Below the pieces are notes generated by a model that was given only the letters and a program-made list of their open reading frames with translations, did not search any database and had not been told where the DNA came from. DNA of 64,000 nt from contig CALUMT010000020.1 in the NCBI GenBank assembly GCA_944321845.1, positions 40,888 to 104,887 on the forward strand, read 5' to 3'. The position numbers were made by a program, and so were the translations under genes. Source of the stretch: an uncultured Butyricimonas sp. (GTDB taxonomy: Bacteria; Bacteroidota; Bacteroidia; Bacteroidales; Marinifilaceae). Positions 10,100 to 20,605 of this stretch are shown piece after piece. Each line of letters starts with the position of its first letter. Position 1 is the stretch's first letter.

Positions 10100-10636
10100 A
10101 TGGAAAAAAAGGAATTACGAAAACACATCAAAAACCTTAAGATGCAATATTCTTTGGAAGAAAAAAAAGCCATGTCGGCTCTCGTGTGGGAACATCTCGA
10201 ACAAAATCCCTTTTTCCAACAGGCACGCACCATTCTGCTTTATTGGTCTATGGATGACGAGGTTTACACGCACGACTATGTCTGCAAATGGGCTCAATCC
10301 AAAAGGATTTTGTTACCCTGCGTGAAAGGAGACCAATTGGAACTACGTGAATTTCACGGGATGGACTCCCTCCGCCCCGGCGAAGGATTTGGCATTCCGG
10401 AACCCGTTGGCGAAATATTCACCGACTATGATACGATAGATTTGATCATCGTTCCCGGGGTAGCATTCGACCGTGAAGGGAACCGTCTCGGACGTGGCCG
10501 CGGCTATTATGACAGAATATTGAAAGAAACCCGTGTTTCCACCAAAATCGGCATCTGTTTCGATTTCCAACTTGTAGATAAAGTCCCCGTTGAACCGCTA
10601 GACGTCCGCATGGATGCAGTTATTTCCATGTCTTGA
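10100..10636 (+). CDS. 5-formyltetrahydrofolate cyclo-ligase
   Basis: 178 aa with family-typical patterns (LLYWSM.DEV, VPGVAFD..G.RLGRGRGYYDR). Confidence 0.8.
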   Translation: MEKKELRKHIKNLKMQYSLEEKKAMSALVWEHLEQNPFFQQARTILLYWSMDDEVYTHDYVCKWAQSKRILLPCVKGDQLELREFHGMDSLRPGEGFGIPEPVGEIFTDYDTIDLIIVPGVAFDREGNRLGRGRGYYDRILKETRVSTKIGICFDFQLVDKVPVEPLDVRMDAVISMS

Positions 10637-10729
10637 CACAGGATTCCCAATTCGTTGGGGATTACCGATTACGGTTCCAAACTGTATCAATACTGAAAGA
10701 CAAGAATAATTCGAAAATTATAAAAAAAC

Positions 10730-10755
10730 AAAGAGGGCAAGTGTTTGCCCTCTTT
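10730..10755. terminator. Bidirectional intrinsic terminator between the convergent cyclo-ligase and ferredoxin genes
   Basis: Perfect 11-bp stem AAAGAGGGCAA / TTGCCCTCTTT with a GTGT loop. It is flanked by an A-run upstream and a T-run downstream. Confidence 0.7.
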
Positions 10756-10776
10756 AATTTTTTCCATAGACGATAA

Positions 10777-10965
<189 letters not shown>

Positions 10966-10977
10966 TTAATAATGCGA

Positions 10978-10985
10978 CAAAAGTA
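10978..10985 (-). promoter_or_regulatory. -7 box (TACTTTTG) for the ferredoxin gene
   Basis: The plus strand reads caaaagta, which is TACTTTTG on the minus strand. It lies about 31-38 nt upstream of the ferredoxin ATG. Confidence 0.4.
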
Positions 10986-11578
10986 TACTGTCCCCATGAA
11001 AGAAAAAACTTTTTTTAAGGGAAAAAGCCCCTCCTTTGCTAATTTATTCGGATTATAAATAACCCCATCCACCTCCCCCAACATATCATCCGCCAACCTA
11101 TGTACATAAGCACATAAAACAACACATAGACCAACTAGCGCACAATTCCTCCGGTCTCGAAATAACTCCATGCCTAATATTCCATAGAGATTAAACACAA
11201 AAGAAAGGAGCACATCAAACAATAAGCTCCTTTCCCATTTCTGTCTCATTCCAATTAATTTTACCCTATTGAACGGCTTTATCAGGGCGGTTAAACAAGA
11301 GTGATTCAACCTTGTACCGTGTCATCCACAAGTACTGACCGTGTCGGCACCGGGTAATCCTCCCTATTTATTTAACACGAGCCGACATAAGGGCATTTTA
11401 TATTTATATGATTAAAAGACATATCGCAATTAAATCATTAAATTTACAGGGTCTAATCATAAATTTTACCGTCGCCATATTCCGATAAAAGATATCATCC
11501 CAATTGAACATTCCAAGCACACGTCTCTTGATTGCTTTATTGTCAACACATTATTGACTATTGCCGCATACGATTTCC

Positions 11579-11623
11579 TTAAAAAAGGAACCCGCCATTG
11601 AGTTGCGATTTGTCAATGACGGG
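11579..11623 (-). terminator. Intrinsic terminator ending the SusC/SusD/protease transcription unit
   Basis: Stem 11591-11601 pairs with 11613-11623 (10 of 11 bp). On the minus strand it is followed by TTCCTTTTTT. It lies about 120 nt past the protease stop. Confidence 0.55.
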
Positions 11624-11744
11624 CAACTTATCATCTTCTAACGGATACATCAAACTCATGCTAAATTATTAAGTTTTCATACCCTTAACTTTCATTTAAA
11701 ATGACCTTCTATGCAAAAAAAATCGATCGAGAATAAAACGAACA

Positions 11745-14399
11745 CTATTTCTGCATTAATTGCAACGTCATCAGCAACGCTTGATAATGCTTTCTATCTG
11801 GTGATGATATACAAACCTTAGTTTTCAACAAAACTTCCATTCTTTTCATCAAATCTAAATAAAAAGTAGACGTTTCATCATACAATGCAGCACTTATCTC
11901 TTTTTGAAATCCATAACCATAAGTATCGCCAAATTGACTTTTTCTTATTCCATTCATTACACTACCGATACCTTGCTCAAACTCTATTTCCTCTAACTGA
12001 TTTTTAAAATAAGATAACTTTCCACCTATTTCCAGGTTATAAAGCCAAACATCAGTCAATGAAGTTGAATAAGGTGCAATATGAACAAGTCTCTGTCCTC
12101 TATTACCAGGAAGCGCCTCCTTAACTCTTCCGATGCGTTGTAACATACTACGTTGCATGATTTTTTCCATATCACTTAATTGGCGACCACGGATTGTATT
12201 GAAAAAAATTGCATCATATAAATCATTAAAATAATCTGCTTGCGTATACGTACTACCAGCATATCGAAAAGCTACATTTACTTTCGAAGAGCAATCAAAC
12301 AACCCTTCTATCAATCTAGTATAACATTCAGCAGACATCGCTGAATTAGTCAAACCAAATTTTGATAAAAGTTCTTGATTATCTAGCCATTCTACATCTT
12401 GTAATTGCTTTATAACCCATTTCAAAGATTCACGTTGACGTTTCTCGTCTACAGCCTGGTAACGTTTACCAGTAGTCCCATCTTTTACTTCCGTCAAATA
12501 CATTCCTCCGACATTATACATCACGTTCATCACGTAACGATAATATTGCTGCAACAAGCTCTCGTATAAGAACTGACGATGAGCTGTTGATTCGTCATCT
12601 GCAATCCAATCGTTCAAGTTCTCCATGATGTATTTCAGGTTCTTGATACCGTAATCGCTGGCCTTCATTGGATCATCACCCAAGTCTTCCTCGATAGCAC
12701 TCGGGTCATAACGGGAATAAACTTGTTGCTTACCGTAACGATACAACGGGTCTCCAGCTTTCTCGTCCACCCATTTCTCCACGACTTTTGCCTCTTCTTT
12801 GAAATCCAAATCACCTGCTACCGGGGAATACAACCACTTGATCGCGTATTCATCATACACGCCCAGATACGGGGGAGTTAACTTCACTCCCTTATCCTCG
12901 GGTTGTGCCACGTAATTAAACCGGGCATAATCCATAATGGATGCGGTTGTTCCATATTTTGCAGTAAAGGATGCAGAACGCAAGGAATCTACCGGGAAAG
13001 CAGCAGAAGCAGCCATATTATGCATCAAACCTAACGTGTGACCTATCTCGTGAGCGACAACATACTCCAGGCAATCAGCCCATACATCTGCCGGTAATTT
13101 CTTGTTACGAACAGAAGGATCCACTTGAGCGGTTTGCGTGAAACGCCACAAGTTATTCAATTTTACCACGTCATTATAAATAAGAACGGAGGCATTGATA
13201 ATCTCTCCCGTCTTCGGGTCTACCCAGCTCGGACCCATGGCGTTCATGGTCTTCACGGGGGAGTAACGGATACAGGTATATTTCAAGTTGTCCGGGTCAA
13301 AATTCGGGTCCTCTTCCGCGGTCGGAAAATCACGCACTTGCATCACGTTCTTTAAACCGATCTTCTCGAATGCCTGATTCCAACGCAAAATACCTTTTCT
13401 AATAGGTTCTTTCCAAGATTCCGGGAAGGTGTTATCCACGTACCAAACTATAGGTTTTACAACTTCAACCAATTCTCCACGTTCCCAAGCAGCCTTATCT
13501 TTCGGTTCTACTCGCCAGCGATTAGCGTAAGTATATTGCTGGATACCATCTTCTTCCGTGGAAATATATTGTTTACCCGTCAAGAATATACCAACACGGG
13601 AATCAGATATACGTGGTTTCATACGATCCTTATCTTCAGGCAACAACAACACCGTACGAGTAACTTTATTAGATATATCCCCCAATTTTATTACAAGAAA
13701 TAAAAATGACGCACTTACAGAATGTGTCATAGTCGTTTCTACTGTCACGTTATCCTCGAATGCTTTCATCTTTCCTAAAAAAAATAAATTAGTTTTCGCC
13801 GAAGCATCCAAGGAAATAAACCCTAAAGATTGATTCTGTATTGGAGCCAATTCTGGTATTTCTGACACGAAAAGACTCGTCACCTCAAAAACGACAGCAG
13901 AACTATCAAGATTATACGTTATTAATGGATATTTTTCCACATATGGTCCTTGATAATTTAAACGAATCGCTTCATCCAAATTTTTTTCATTTTTATCAAA
14001 ATCTATCTCCGCATTAATCTTTCGCATATAAATTGTACTATCGCATTGTTCAAATTTAACATGCAATGGATCTCCTGGTTTATAACCTACTGTACAAAAA
14101 TTCGGATTAGTTGTTTCTGAAATTGTAGAAGCTATCAACAACTCTCTTCCCAAGAACTTCACTGGATATTCAAAATACAACTTATTTCCCACGCGATGCA
14201 TCGTGATGAAATCTCCTTTTACGGTAATAACACCCGGTTTCTTCAACAATTTATCATACTTACTTTTAGGGGTCGCCTCCTCCACGTTTTCCACTTCTCC
14301 TTTTTTAGCTTTTTTCTTTTTCTTAGCAAAAACATCTGTCACATTTAATAAAGAAAAAGCAAAGCAAAACAGCGCTAATAATACAATACTTTTTTTCAT
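11745..14399 (-). CDS. Secreted zinc-dependent metalloprotease (DUF5117/DUF4953-type met-zincin)
   Basis: 884 aa with a signal peptide (MKKSIVLLALFCFAFSLLNVTDVFA) followed by a Lys-rich linker. The zinc site is VVAHEIGHTLGLMHN. It is the last gene of the SusC/SusD unit. Confidence 0.8.
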   Translation of the reverse strand: MKKSIVLLALFCFAFSLLNVTDVFAKKKKKAKKGEVENVEEATPKSKYDKLLKKPGVITVKGDFITMHRVGNKLYFEYPVKFLGRELLIASTISETTNPNFCTVGYKPGDPLHVKFEQCDSTIYMRKINAEIDFDKNEKNLDEAIRLNYQGPYVEKYPLITYNLDSSAVVFEVTSLFVSEIPELAPIQNQSLGFISLDASAKTNLFFLGKMKAFEDNVTVETTMTHSVSASFLFLVIKLGDISNKVTRTVLLLPEDKDRMKPRISDSRVGIFLTGKQYISTEEDGIQQYTYANRWRVEPKDKAAWERGELVEVVKPIVWYVDNTFPESWKEPIRKGILRWNQAFEKIGLKNVMQVRDFPTAEEDPNFDPDNLKYTCIRYSPVKTMNAMGPSWVDPKTGEIINASVLIYNDVVKLNNLWRFTQTAQVDPSVRNKKLPADVWADCLEYVVAHEIGHTLGLMHNMAASAAFPVDSLRSASFTAKYGTTASIMDYARFNYVAQPEDKGVKLTPPYLGVYDEYAIKWLYSPVAGDLDFKEEAKVVEKWVDEKAGDPLYRYGKQQVYSRYDPSAIEEDLGDDPMKASDYGIKNLKYIMENLNDWIADDESTAHRQFLYESLLQQYYRYVMNVMYNVGGMYLTEVKDGTTGKRYQAVDEKRQRESLKWVIKQLQDVEWLDNQELLSKFGLTNSAMSAECYTRLIEGLFDCSSKVNVAFRYAGSTYTQADYFNDLYDAIFFNTIRGRQLSDMEKIMQRSMLQRIGRVKEALPGNRGQRLVHIAPYSTSLTDVWLYNLEIGGKLSYFKNQLEEIEFEQGIGSVMNGIRKSQFGDTYGYGFQKEISAALYDETSTFYLDLMKRMEVLLKTKVCISSPDRKHYQALLMTLQLMQK

Positions 14400-14620
14400 A
14401 ATAATTAATTATAGTTCAGAACAATCATATCAAATAACAGTATACCTGAACTGTTTATATACCATTATCTACACATATATTCACACTCATAATTACAAAA
14501 GATGTAGAATTCATATCTTCTCTCTATTCATTAGCTAATCTCATCAACATCATCTCTATTTACATTCATCTTCTACCAAAATGAATCCTATAGAGCATTA
14601 ACCCCCAAAACAACCTATAA

Positions 14621-15505
14621 TTACTTGTCACCTATCTTCTGTATATCAACACCATATGTATCAAACAAATACTTCGTCAAGATCTCATATTTCAAATTAA
14701 TCAATCCTCGAGAATCTTTTTTAGGATGCAAAATACCTTTCATTGAATAATCTCCGTCTTCTGGCTCTTCACATAAAAAAGTATACGGGTATTCAAGAAT
14801 TACTTCTATATAACTCATCCAATCTGTTTTCTCATCTAAACCAACATAGGAATCCTTCAAAAAACCCTGTTCATACATATTTTCCTTTTCTACACGATTC
14901 CCATAAGGAGACAAAACTGTAAAATCCTCTGAAATAGCCATTAACTCTTTATCGTAAATCCGCTTAAAGAAAGTTTTATTTACTTCATTTTTAAACAATA
15001 ATTTTTCTTTATTTGACAACGATCTAATTTGTTCGTTTCCCCAGTTAACAGCCAAATAGTCATAACCTGAATAAACATGCATTTGCTTACTAGATGGTTC
15101 TCTCTTTAAAGAACTACACAACAACAATTTCATAGGCATACAACGTCTTAATATAGTATCTGGATAAAATTCTAAAAACATTTCTTCTATTAACATCAAC
15201 TGTTCTTCTACAAATTCCTCTTCTGCCACCTCTACTAATATATTCCCATTATATATATGAGATGCTGAATCCCAAGTCGTTTCTATCCAGTAAGAACCAT
15301 CAAAATAAACATCCTTTGGCTCAAATTTATATAATATATAAAAATCTCCACGTTTAAACCAATCAACAATTTTATCATCATATTCATGCGCCCCCTGTGG
15401 AAGAGAATATTTAAACTCAGGTCGTTCTGTCGCAACAAGAACATCTTCATTATAACATCCGACACAAAATAGCGGGAACAACAAACTAAATAATATATAT
15501 TTCAT
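14621..15505 (-). CDS. Hypothetical lipoprotein (no motif recognised)
   Basis: 294 aa with a lipobox-like N-terminus (LLFPLFCVGCYNED). No HExxH or other catalytic signature is present. It sits between susD and the protease gene. Confidence 0.7.
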   Translation of the reverse strand: MKYILFSLLFPLFCVGCYNEDVLVATERPEFKYSLPQGAHEYDDKIVDWFKRGDFYILYKFEPKDVYFDGSYWIETTWDSASHIYNGNILVEVAEEEFVEEQLMLIEEMFLEFYPDTILRRCMPMKLLLCSSLKREPSSKQMHVYSGYDYLAVNWGNEQIRSLSNKEKLLFKNEVNKTFFKRIYDKELMAISEDFTVLSPYGNRVEKENMYEQGFLKDSYVGLDEKTDWMSYIEVILEYPYTFLCEEPEDGDYSMKGILHPKKDSRGLINLKYEILTKYLFDTYGVDIQKIGDK

Positions 15506-15546
15506 AACGTCATTAATTTAAATAACAAATAACTTCCAATATTATT

Positions 15547-17025
15547 TTAGGGATTTTGTACCAATTTTCTATTATACTCCAATACTTGCTTGGGAATAGG
15601 CAAAACATATCGCGGAGAATTATCCTGCAAAATAAATTCCTGCTCTTCTCCAGGATTTACGAAATAAATATGCTTTAACTCTTCCATTCCATAACGCCGC
15701 AAATCAAACCAACGATGATTGGACTCTCCACACAATTCTCTTCTTCGTTCCTCTTTATAAAACATCAATAATTCATGTCCATCTTTTATATCAACATCCT
15801 TATAGTCTACAAATCTTGTATCATAACGATGTTGGCGTAAATAATTCAAATCAGACAACGCCTTTAATCGATACTCTTCAACACCAGCATCTAGATATTT
15901 ATGGATATAAGCCTCCGCTCTATTTAGATACATTTCAGCCGTACGAATTCCCAAATTTCCATCTTTTCTATCTTTACAAACAACATCTGGAAGTTCATTC
16001 CAATTGGCATCATAAGCTGTCACAAAATAATTATAATATCTAAGATCTAACCTCAAATTTTCCCCTGGTCTCAGTTCAAATAAATTTATTAAATCACTTG
16101 AAACGCCATAAGCTTGCATATTAAATCCACCCAGCAAAGAACCTTCTGGCCTACACCAAATTATTTCATCTGGTGTATTTATATTATACACACCTCGTTC
16201 CCCTCTTGAAGACATCGGATCGTCAGAATCAGATAAACATAATAACGTGGAGTTTATTTCCAACACTTTATCTGCATATTCCAATGCTTTATCCCAATTT
16301 TCCATATAAAGATACATCCTAGACAATAATGCTTTTGCTGCTAAATGATCCATTCTATGATATGTTTTAGGTAGATCATTCTCTTCTAATAAACGATTCC
16401 CTTCTAACAAATCCGATTCTATACAACGATAAACTTCCGCAACCGAATTTCGAAGAAACAATTCTTCCGTCACATCCATGTGTAACTTTAATGGGACTCC
16501 TAAATTTTTTTCAGGATCCCCAATATTATAAGGTTGTCCAAAAAAATTCACAAGCATCAAATAATAAAAAGCCCTCAGCGTCAAAGCCTCCCCCCTCAGA
16601 TTTTCTTTTCTTGTTTTACTTCCTTCCACTTTATCCAAATAATCCAACACGACATTACAACCTTTAATTTTTCGATAAGGTAATTCCCAATAATCTACAA
16701 TATTTCCACCTTCTCCCTCGTCAAACATACCTTTCTGCCAAGTAAATTTCCATTTTCCCTTCTCTAAAGTTATCTTCGCACTTTCAGCATCCCATCCCAC
16801 AGCACCTCGACATTCTATATCATCTGTAAAGATTTCAGTCACATTTAATATATAATCAGCAAAAAGCCTCGTATAAGCCTCCCCATTCAACAACTGTTCC
16901 ATGTCATCCACCGTTGAAGGACGAATTTCATCTTGACTCATTTCCTCTAAAAAATCATTACATCCCGATAGCAGGGAACATAATAATAGAAGTATTCCTA
17001 TTTTCATAACAGCTAATTTTACCAT
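15547..17025 (-). CDS. susD-like: RagB/SusD family nutrient-binding outer-membrane lipoprotein
   Basis: 492 aa with a lipoprotein signal (LLLLCSLLSGCNDF) and TPR-like SusD patterns (RAFYYLMLVNFFGQPY, AEMYLNRAEAY). It abuts the susC stop. An alternative ATG is at 17007. Confidence 0.85.
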   Translation of the reverse strand: MVKLAVMKIGILLLLCSLLSGCNDFLEEMSQDEIRPSTVDDMEQLLNGEAYTRLFADYILNVTEIFTDDIECRGAVGWDAESAKITLEKGKWKFTWQKGMFDEGEGGNIVDYWELPYRKIKGCNVVLDYLDKVEGSKTRKENLRGEALTLRAFYYLMLVNFFGQPYNIGDPEKNLGVPLKLHMDVTEELFLRNSVAEVYRCIESDLLEGNRLLEENDLPKTYHRMDHLAAKALLSRMYLYMENWDKALEYADKVLEINSTLLCLSDSDDPMSSRGERGVYNINTPDEIIWCRPEGSLLGGFNMQAYGVSSDLINLFELRPGENLRLDLRYYNYFVTAYDANWNELPDVVCKDRKDGNLGIRTAEMYLNRAEAYIHKYLDAGVEEYRLKALSDLNYLRQHRYDTRFVDYKDVDIKDGHELLMFYKEERRRELCGESNHRWFDLRRYGMEELKHIYFVNPGEEQEFILQDNSPRYVLPIPKQVLEYNRKLVQNP

Positions 17026-20000
17026 TTAAAAACTCACATTTAAACCCAAAGAATAATTTCTAGACAAAGGCTGATTCCCCATTGCCACTTCCGGATCTCT
17101 CCCACGAAAATCTTTATCCACTATTTGGAAAGGATTTGTTATAGTAAACGACATATTCACATTTTTTACGAAACGAGATAATAATCCATTCGACAGATTA
17201 TATGAAATACTTATATTATTACATCTTATAAACCATGCATCAACAACCCTAATATCTGAATAAGGATAAGCTTCATAACAATAAAATGCTTTCCACTCTG
17301 CAAAATAAGGATATATTGGACCATTATTTTGAGGATGAGGCAAACTAGGTATTTGCGTAAATTTCTCATCTCCTGGTGTACGCCAACGTTTAACCATTTC
17401 TACTGACATATTCAAATATTCACTAGGAACTCTACTTCTTGAATTTATATTTTTAAATGGAGAAGCTAAAAACTTTTGATTTCCCATACTTAAATAAAAA
17501 TTAGCAGCAAGAACAAATGCCTTATAACGAAGTGATGTATTCAAATTAGCCATAAAATCAGGATCCATTTTCCCCACACAAACCATATATTCAGTTGCAT
17601 CCTCTAATGCAGACTCGGCCTTACTACCTGTTAAATCAAATTTTGGAGCACCATTCTCTGGATTTAAACCAATAAACTTAAACGCCCAAAAACTAGATAA
17701 AGCATACCCTTCTTTATTTAATTGTCCCGATACAGCCTCTTTCCAATCCCCCGTCGGTTCCAGAGAACTTTTCAATTTATTATACACTTTCGAAGTATTC
17801 ATACCCAAGGACCACAAAAAGTTTTTAGTACGAATAGGGATTACACTAAGACCTAAATCCCATCCTGAATTAGTCATATTTCCTCCATTTATCACCATTG
17901 TAGATACGCCATTAGCATAAGGGACCTTTCGATCCGTGATCATATCTATCGTTCTTTTATAGTAATATTCAAAAGAACCGTTTATCTTATTCCCTATCAA
18001 ACTAAAGTCTATCCCCAAATTCAATGTTTTCGTTTTTTCCCATTTTAAATGAGGGGCTGGCAAACTTTTTATACTCAAACGTAATTCATCGGAAAGCCCT
18101 AATGCATCAACTGGCTCCATTTTAGCGATCAAATCAGGACTTATATTTTCAACCACATTTCCTTGAAATCCATAAGAAACTCGTAAACAGACATCATTCA
18201 ACAGATTTTGTCCTGCAAGCCAACGTTCTTGTGCCATATTCCAACGCACTCCCACAGACCATACCGGTTGATACCTAGCACTTTTATCTTGTCCAAAACG
18301 GTTAGAAGCATCCATTCGTATACTTGCATTTATAGCATAACGATCATTGAACATATAACTCAAATTTCCATAAAAAGATAAATAATTTGCCTTTCTATCC
18401 ACCAGTATTGGAGTCCTTCTTACCAGTTGATTTTCTATACTCTGTGTTCCAGCCATTATTATTATTGGTAATTGTGCAAATGATTTACCTCTATCTGGCA
18501 TGTAACCATAATTTGTTTGAGAATATCCATCGTATTTATTGCTCCTAATTTCTTGTCCTAGCATCACATTAATAACATGCATGCCAAAAGTTTTCACAAA
18601 TTCTAACTGATTCCGCCAAGTATAATTACCATTTCTACTTTCCACCACATTCAACTCACCCCCGATTGGTAACTTTGAAGACTTATATTCCTTATCTTCA
18701 GATCCAAAAGCCCCAAATTCATATCCACGTATAGCCGTAACATAATTTGATCTTTCTGTATACCAAGATTCTCCAAAAGAAGTACTGTAGTTGTATCCAA
18801 GTACAGAAGACAAAGTCAATCCCTTGCCCATATTCCAACGAATACTGAAATCACTATTAATTGTACTAGTTTTATTCTCATTTCCACTAGTATGCAACTC
18901 ATTCAAGATATTATATAAATAGTTATTCTCTCCCTTTGGATAAAAATACAAACTTCCATCACTCTGAAAACAAGGAATAGCTCTACTCGTCGTAGAGGCA
19001 TAAGCATAAGGATCTATATTTGCAAAACCTGTTGTTTTTACAATACTACCGGATAATCCAAAATTCAAAGTCACACAATCCCATGCTAAAGATGAAATAT
19101 TAAGGTTACCACGATAACTTCGTTGTCCATTCCCTTTAGCTGTATTATTTATATCTGCAACTCCAATAGAAGCCCGATACGTTGATTTTTCATCTCCCCC
19201 CGAAATACTAATATTATGAGAATGGCTAAAGGGAAGCCGAAATAAAATATCAAACCAATTCGTATTCACAACTTCCAATTCTTTTGCTCGTCTATTAAAT
19301 TCCTCATAACTAATTTTTTTCTTTTTATAAGCTAAAGCTAGGGCCGTATAACCTATTGATTCTTCTAACTCGACTACACAGCCTTTTTCATAAGCCTCCC
19401 TAGAAACATCCACCCTTTGCTGCGAATTCATTAATTCTAGATTTTTATAAGTCATTTTCTCTCCGATCGAATAATTACCACTATAATTTACCGTCATTCT
19501 TCCCTTTTCTCCCTTCTTTGTCGTTATAACAATAACACCATTAGCCGCTTTTACTCCATAAATAGCAGTCGCTGCAGCATCTTTTAAGACAACAATATTT
19601 TCGATATCATTAGGATTTAACCACGCCACAGCTCCTCCTACAAAATTTTTTATCATATCCATATTATCATTTCCTATATCTGTCAATTGAGTTGCATTAA
19701 AAGGAAGAGGATCTTCTTGAATAATCCCATCTACAACCCATACAGGTTCTGCATTCCCTAACAAAGTCGAAGTTCCACGAACTCGCACACGCTGACGTGT
19801 TCCAGTTAATCCACTTTGATTTATTACCATCATTCCCGGAACTAATCCTTGTAAAGCTTGCTCCAACGTTTGAGTACCGTTCAATACCAAATCCTCGGCT
19901 TTCACCACGCTAATAGAACCGGCCTGAGAACGTTTTTTCAAGGTCTGGTAACCGGTCACTACGACCTCGTCCATGTCTTGAACTTCTTCCTCCAATTTCA

Positions 20001-20592
20001 CGTTCAATTCCTTCTGCCCCTTCCAAATAACTTCCCTGGTTTTCATTCCCACAAACGAGAAAAGTAACACCACACTATCCTGTTGAGTAGTAACAAAAAC
20101 AAATCGTCCATTCACGTCTGTTGCCACCCCTACCGACGTTCCCTTCTCTATAACAGTCACTCCCGGGAGGGGCTGATTCTTGGAATCTTTCACCACTCCC
20201 TTGATTTCCAACTGTTTCTTTTTCTCCTCATCCTGCATCTTTATCACCACCGCCGTACCGGAGATCTCGTAACGCAGTTTCGTTCCTTTCAGGCAATAAT
20301 CCAGAATCTCCTCCACGGTCTTACTTGCCATATCCACGTTCAATCCCGTCACGCCGGCGATGTCCGACGTCCCGTACATAAACACGAAATCGGTCTGTTT
20401 CTGGATTTCCCAAAGTACCTGTTCCAGGGTCACGTTAGACATCTTCAAGGTCACTTGTGCCGTCTGCGAATGTACAGCCGCCGACAACTGCACGCTCATG
20501 AAGAACAATAAAATAAACTTCAATTTCATAATTAACGTCATTTTCCGCCATTTTCTTCCCCCGGAAGCAATGGCCTCATGGTCTTTTTTCAT
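17026..20592 (-). CDS. susC-like: SusC/RagA family TonB-linked outer-membrane transporter with an N-terminal STN signalling domain
   Basis: 1188 aa. It has an STN-like segment (FVFMYGTSDIAGVTGLNVDM...LRYEISGTAVVIK), a carboxypeptidase-regulatory-like segment (IKGVVKDSKNQPLPGVTVIEKGTSVGVATDVNGRF), a plug, a barrel and a terminal F. The start is uncertain: ATGs at 20592, 20541 and 20529, and the last gives the classic signal MKLKFILLFF. Confidence 0.9.
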   Translation of the reverse strand: MKKDHEAIASGGRKWRKMTLIMKLKFILLFFMSVQLSAAVHSQTAQVTLKMSNVTLEQVLWEIQKQTDFVFMYGTSDIAGVTGLNVDMASKTVEEILDYCLKGTKLRYEISGTAVVIKMQDEEKKKQLEIKGVVKDSKNQPLPGVTVIEKGTSVGVATDVNGRFVFVTTQQDSVVLLFSFVGMKTREVIWKGQKELNVKLEEEVQDMDEVVVTGYQTLKKRSQAGSISVVKAEDLVLNGTQTLEQALQGLVPGMMVINQSGLTGTRQRVRVRGTSTLLGNAEPVWVVDGIIQEDPLPFNATQLTDIGNDNMDMIKNFVGGAVAWLNPNDIENIVVLKDAAATAIYGVKAANGVIVITTKKGEKGRMTVNYSGNYSIGEKMTYKNLELMNSQQRVDVSREAYEKGCVVELEESIGYTALALAYKKKKISYEEFNRRAKELEVVNTNWFDILFRLPFSHSHNISISGGDEKSTYRASIGVADINNTAKGNGQRSYRGNLNISSLAWDCVTLNFGLSGSIVKTTGFANIDPYAYASTTSRAIPCFQSDGSLYFYPKGENNYLYNILNELHTSGNENKTSTINSDFSIRWNMGKGLTLSSVLGYNYSTSFGESWYTERSNYVTAIRGYEFGAFGSEDKEYKSSKLPIGGELNVVESRNGNYTWRNQLEFVKTFGMHVINVMLGQEIRSNKYDGYSQTNYGYMPDRGKSFAQLPIIIMAGTQSIENQLVRRTPILVDRKANYLSFYGNLSYMFNDRYAINASIRMDASNRFGQDKSARYQPVWSVGVRWNMAQERWLAGQNLLNDVCLRVSYGFQGNVVENISPDLIAKMEPVDALGLSDELRLSIKSLPAPHLKWEKTKTLNLGIDFSLIGNKINGSFEYYYKRTIDMITDRKVPYANGVSTMVINGGNMTNSGWDLGLSVIPIRTKNFLWSLGMNTSKVYNKLKSSLEPTGDWKEAVSGQLNKEGYALSSFWAFKFIGLNPENGAPKFDLTGSKAESALEDATEYMVCVGKMDPDFMANLNTSLRYKAFVLAANFYLSMGNQKFLASPFKNINSRSRVPSEYLNMSVEMVKRWRTPGDEKFTQIPSLPHPQNNGPIYPYFAEWKAFYCYEAYPYSDIRVVDAWFIRCNNISISYNLSNGLLSRFVKNVNMSFTITNPFQIVDKDFRGRDPEVAMGNQPLSRNYSLGLNVSF

Positions 20593-20605
20593 AACTTTGA
20601 ACTAT

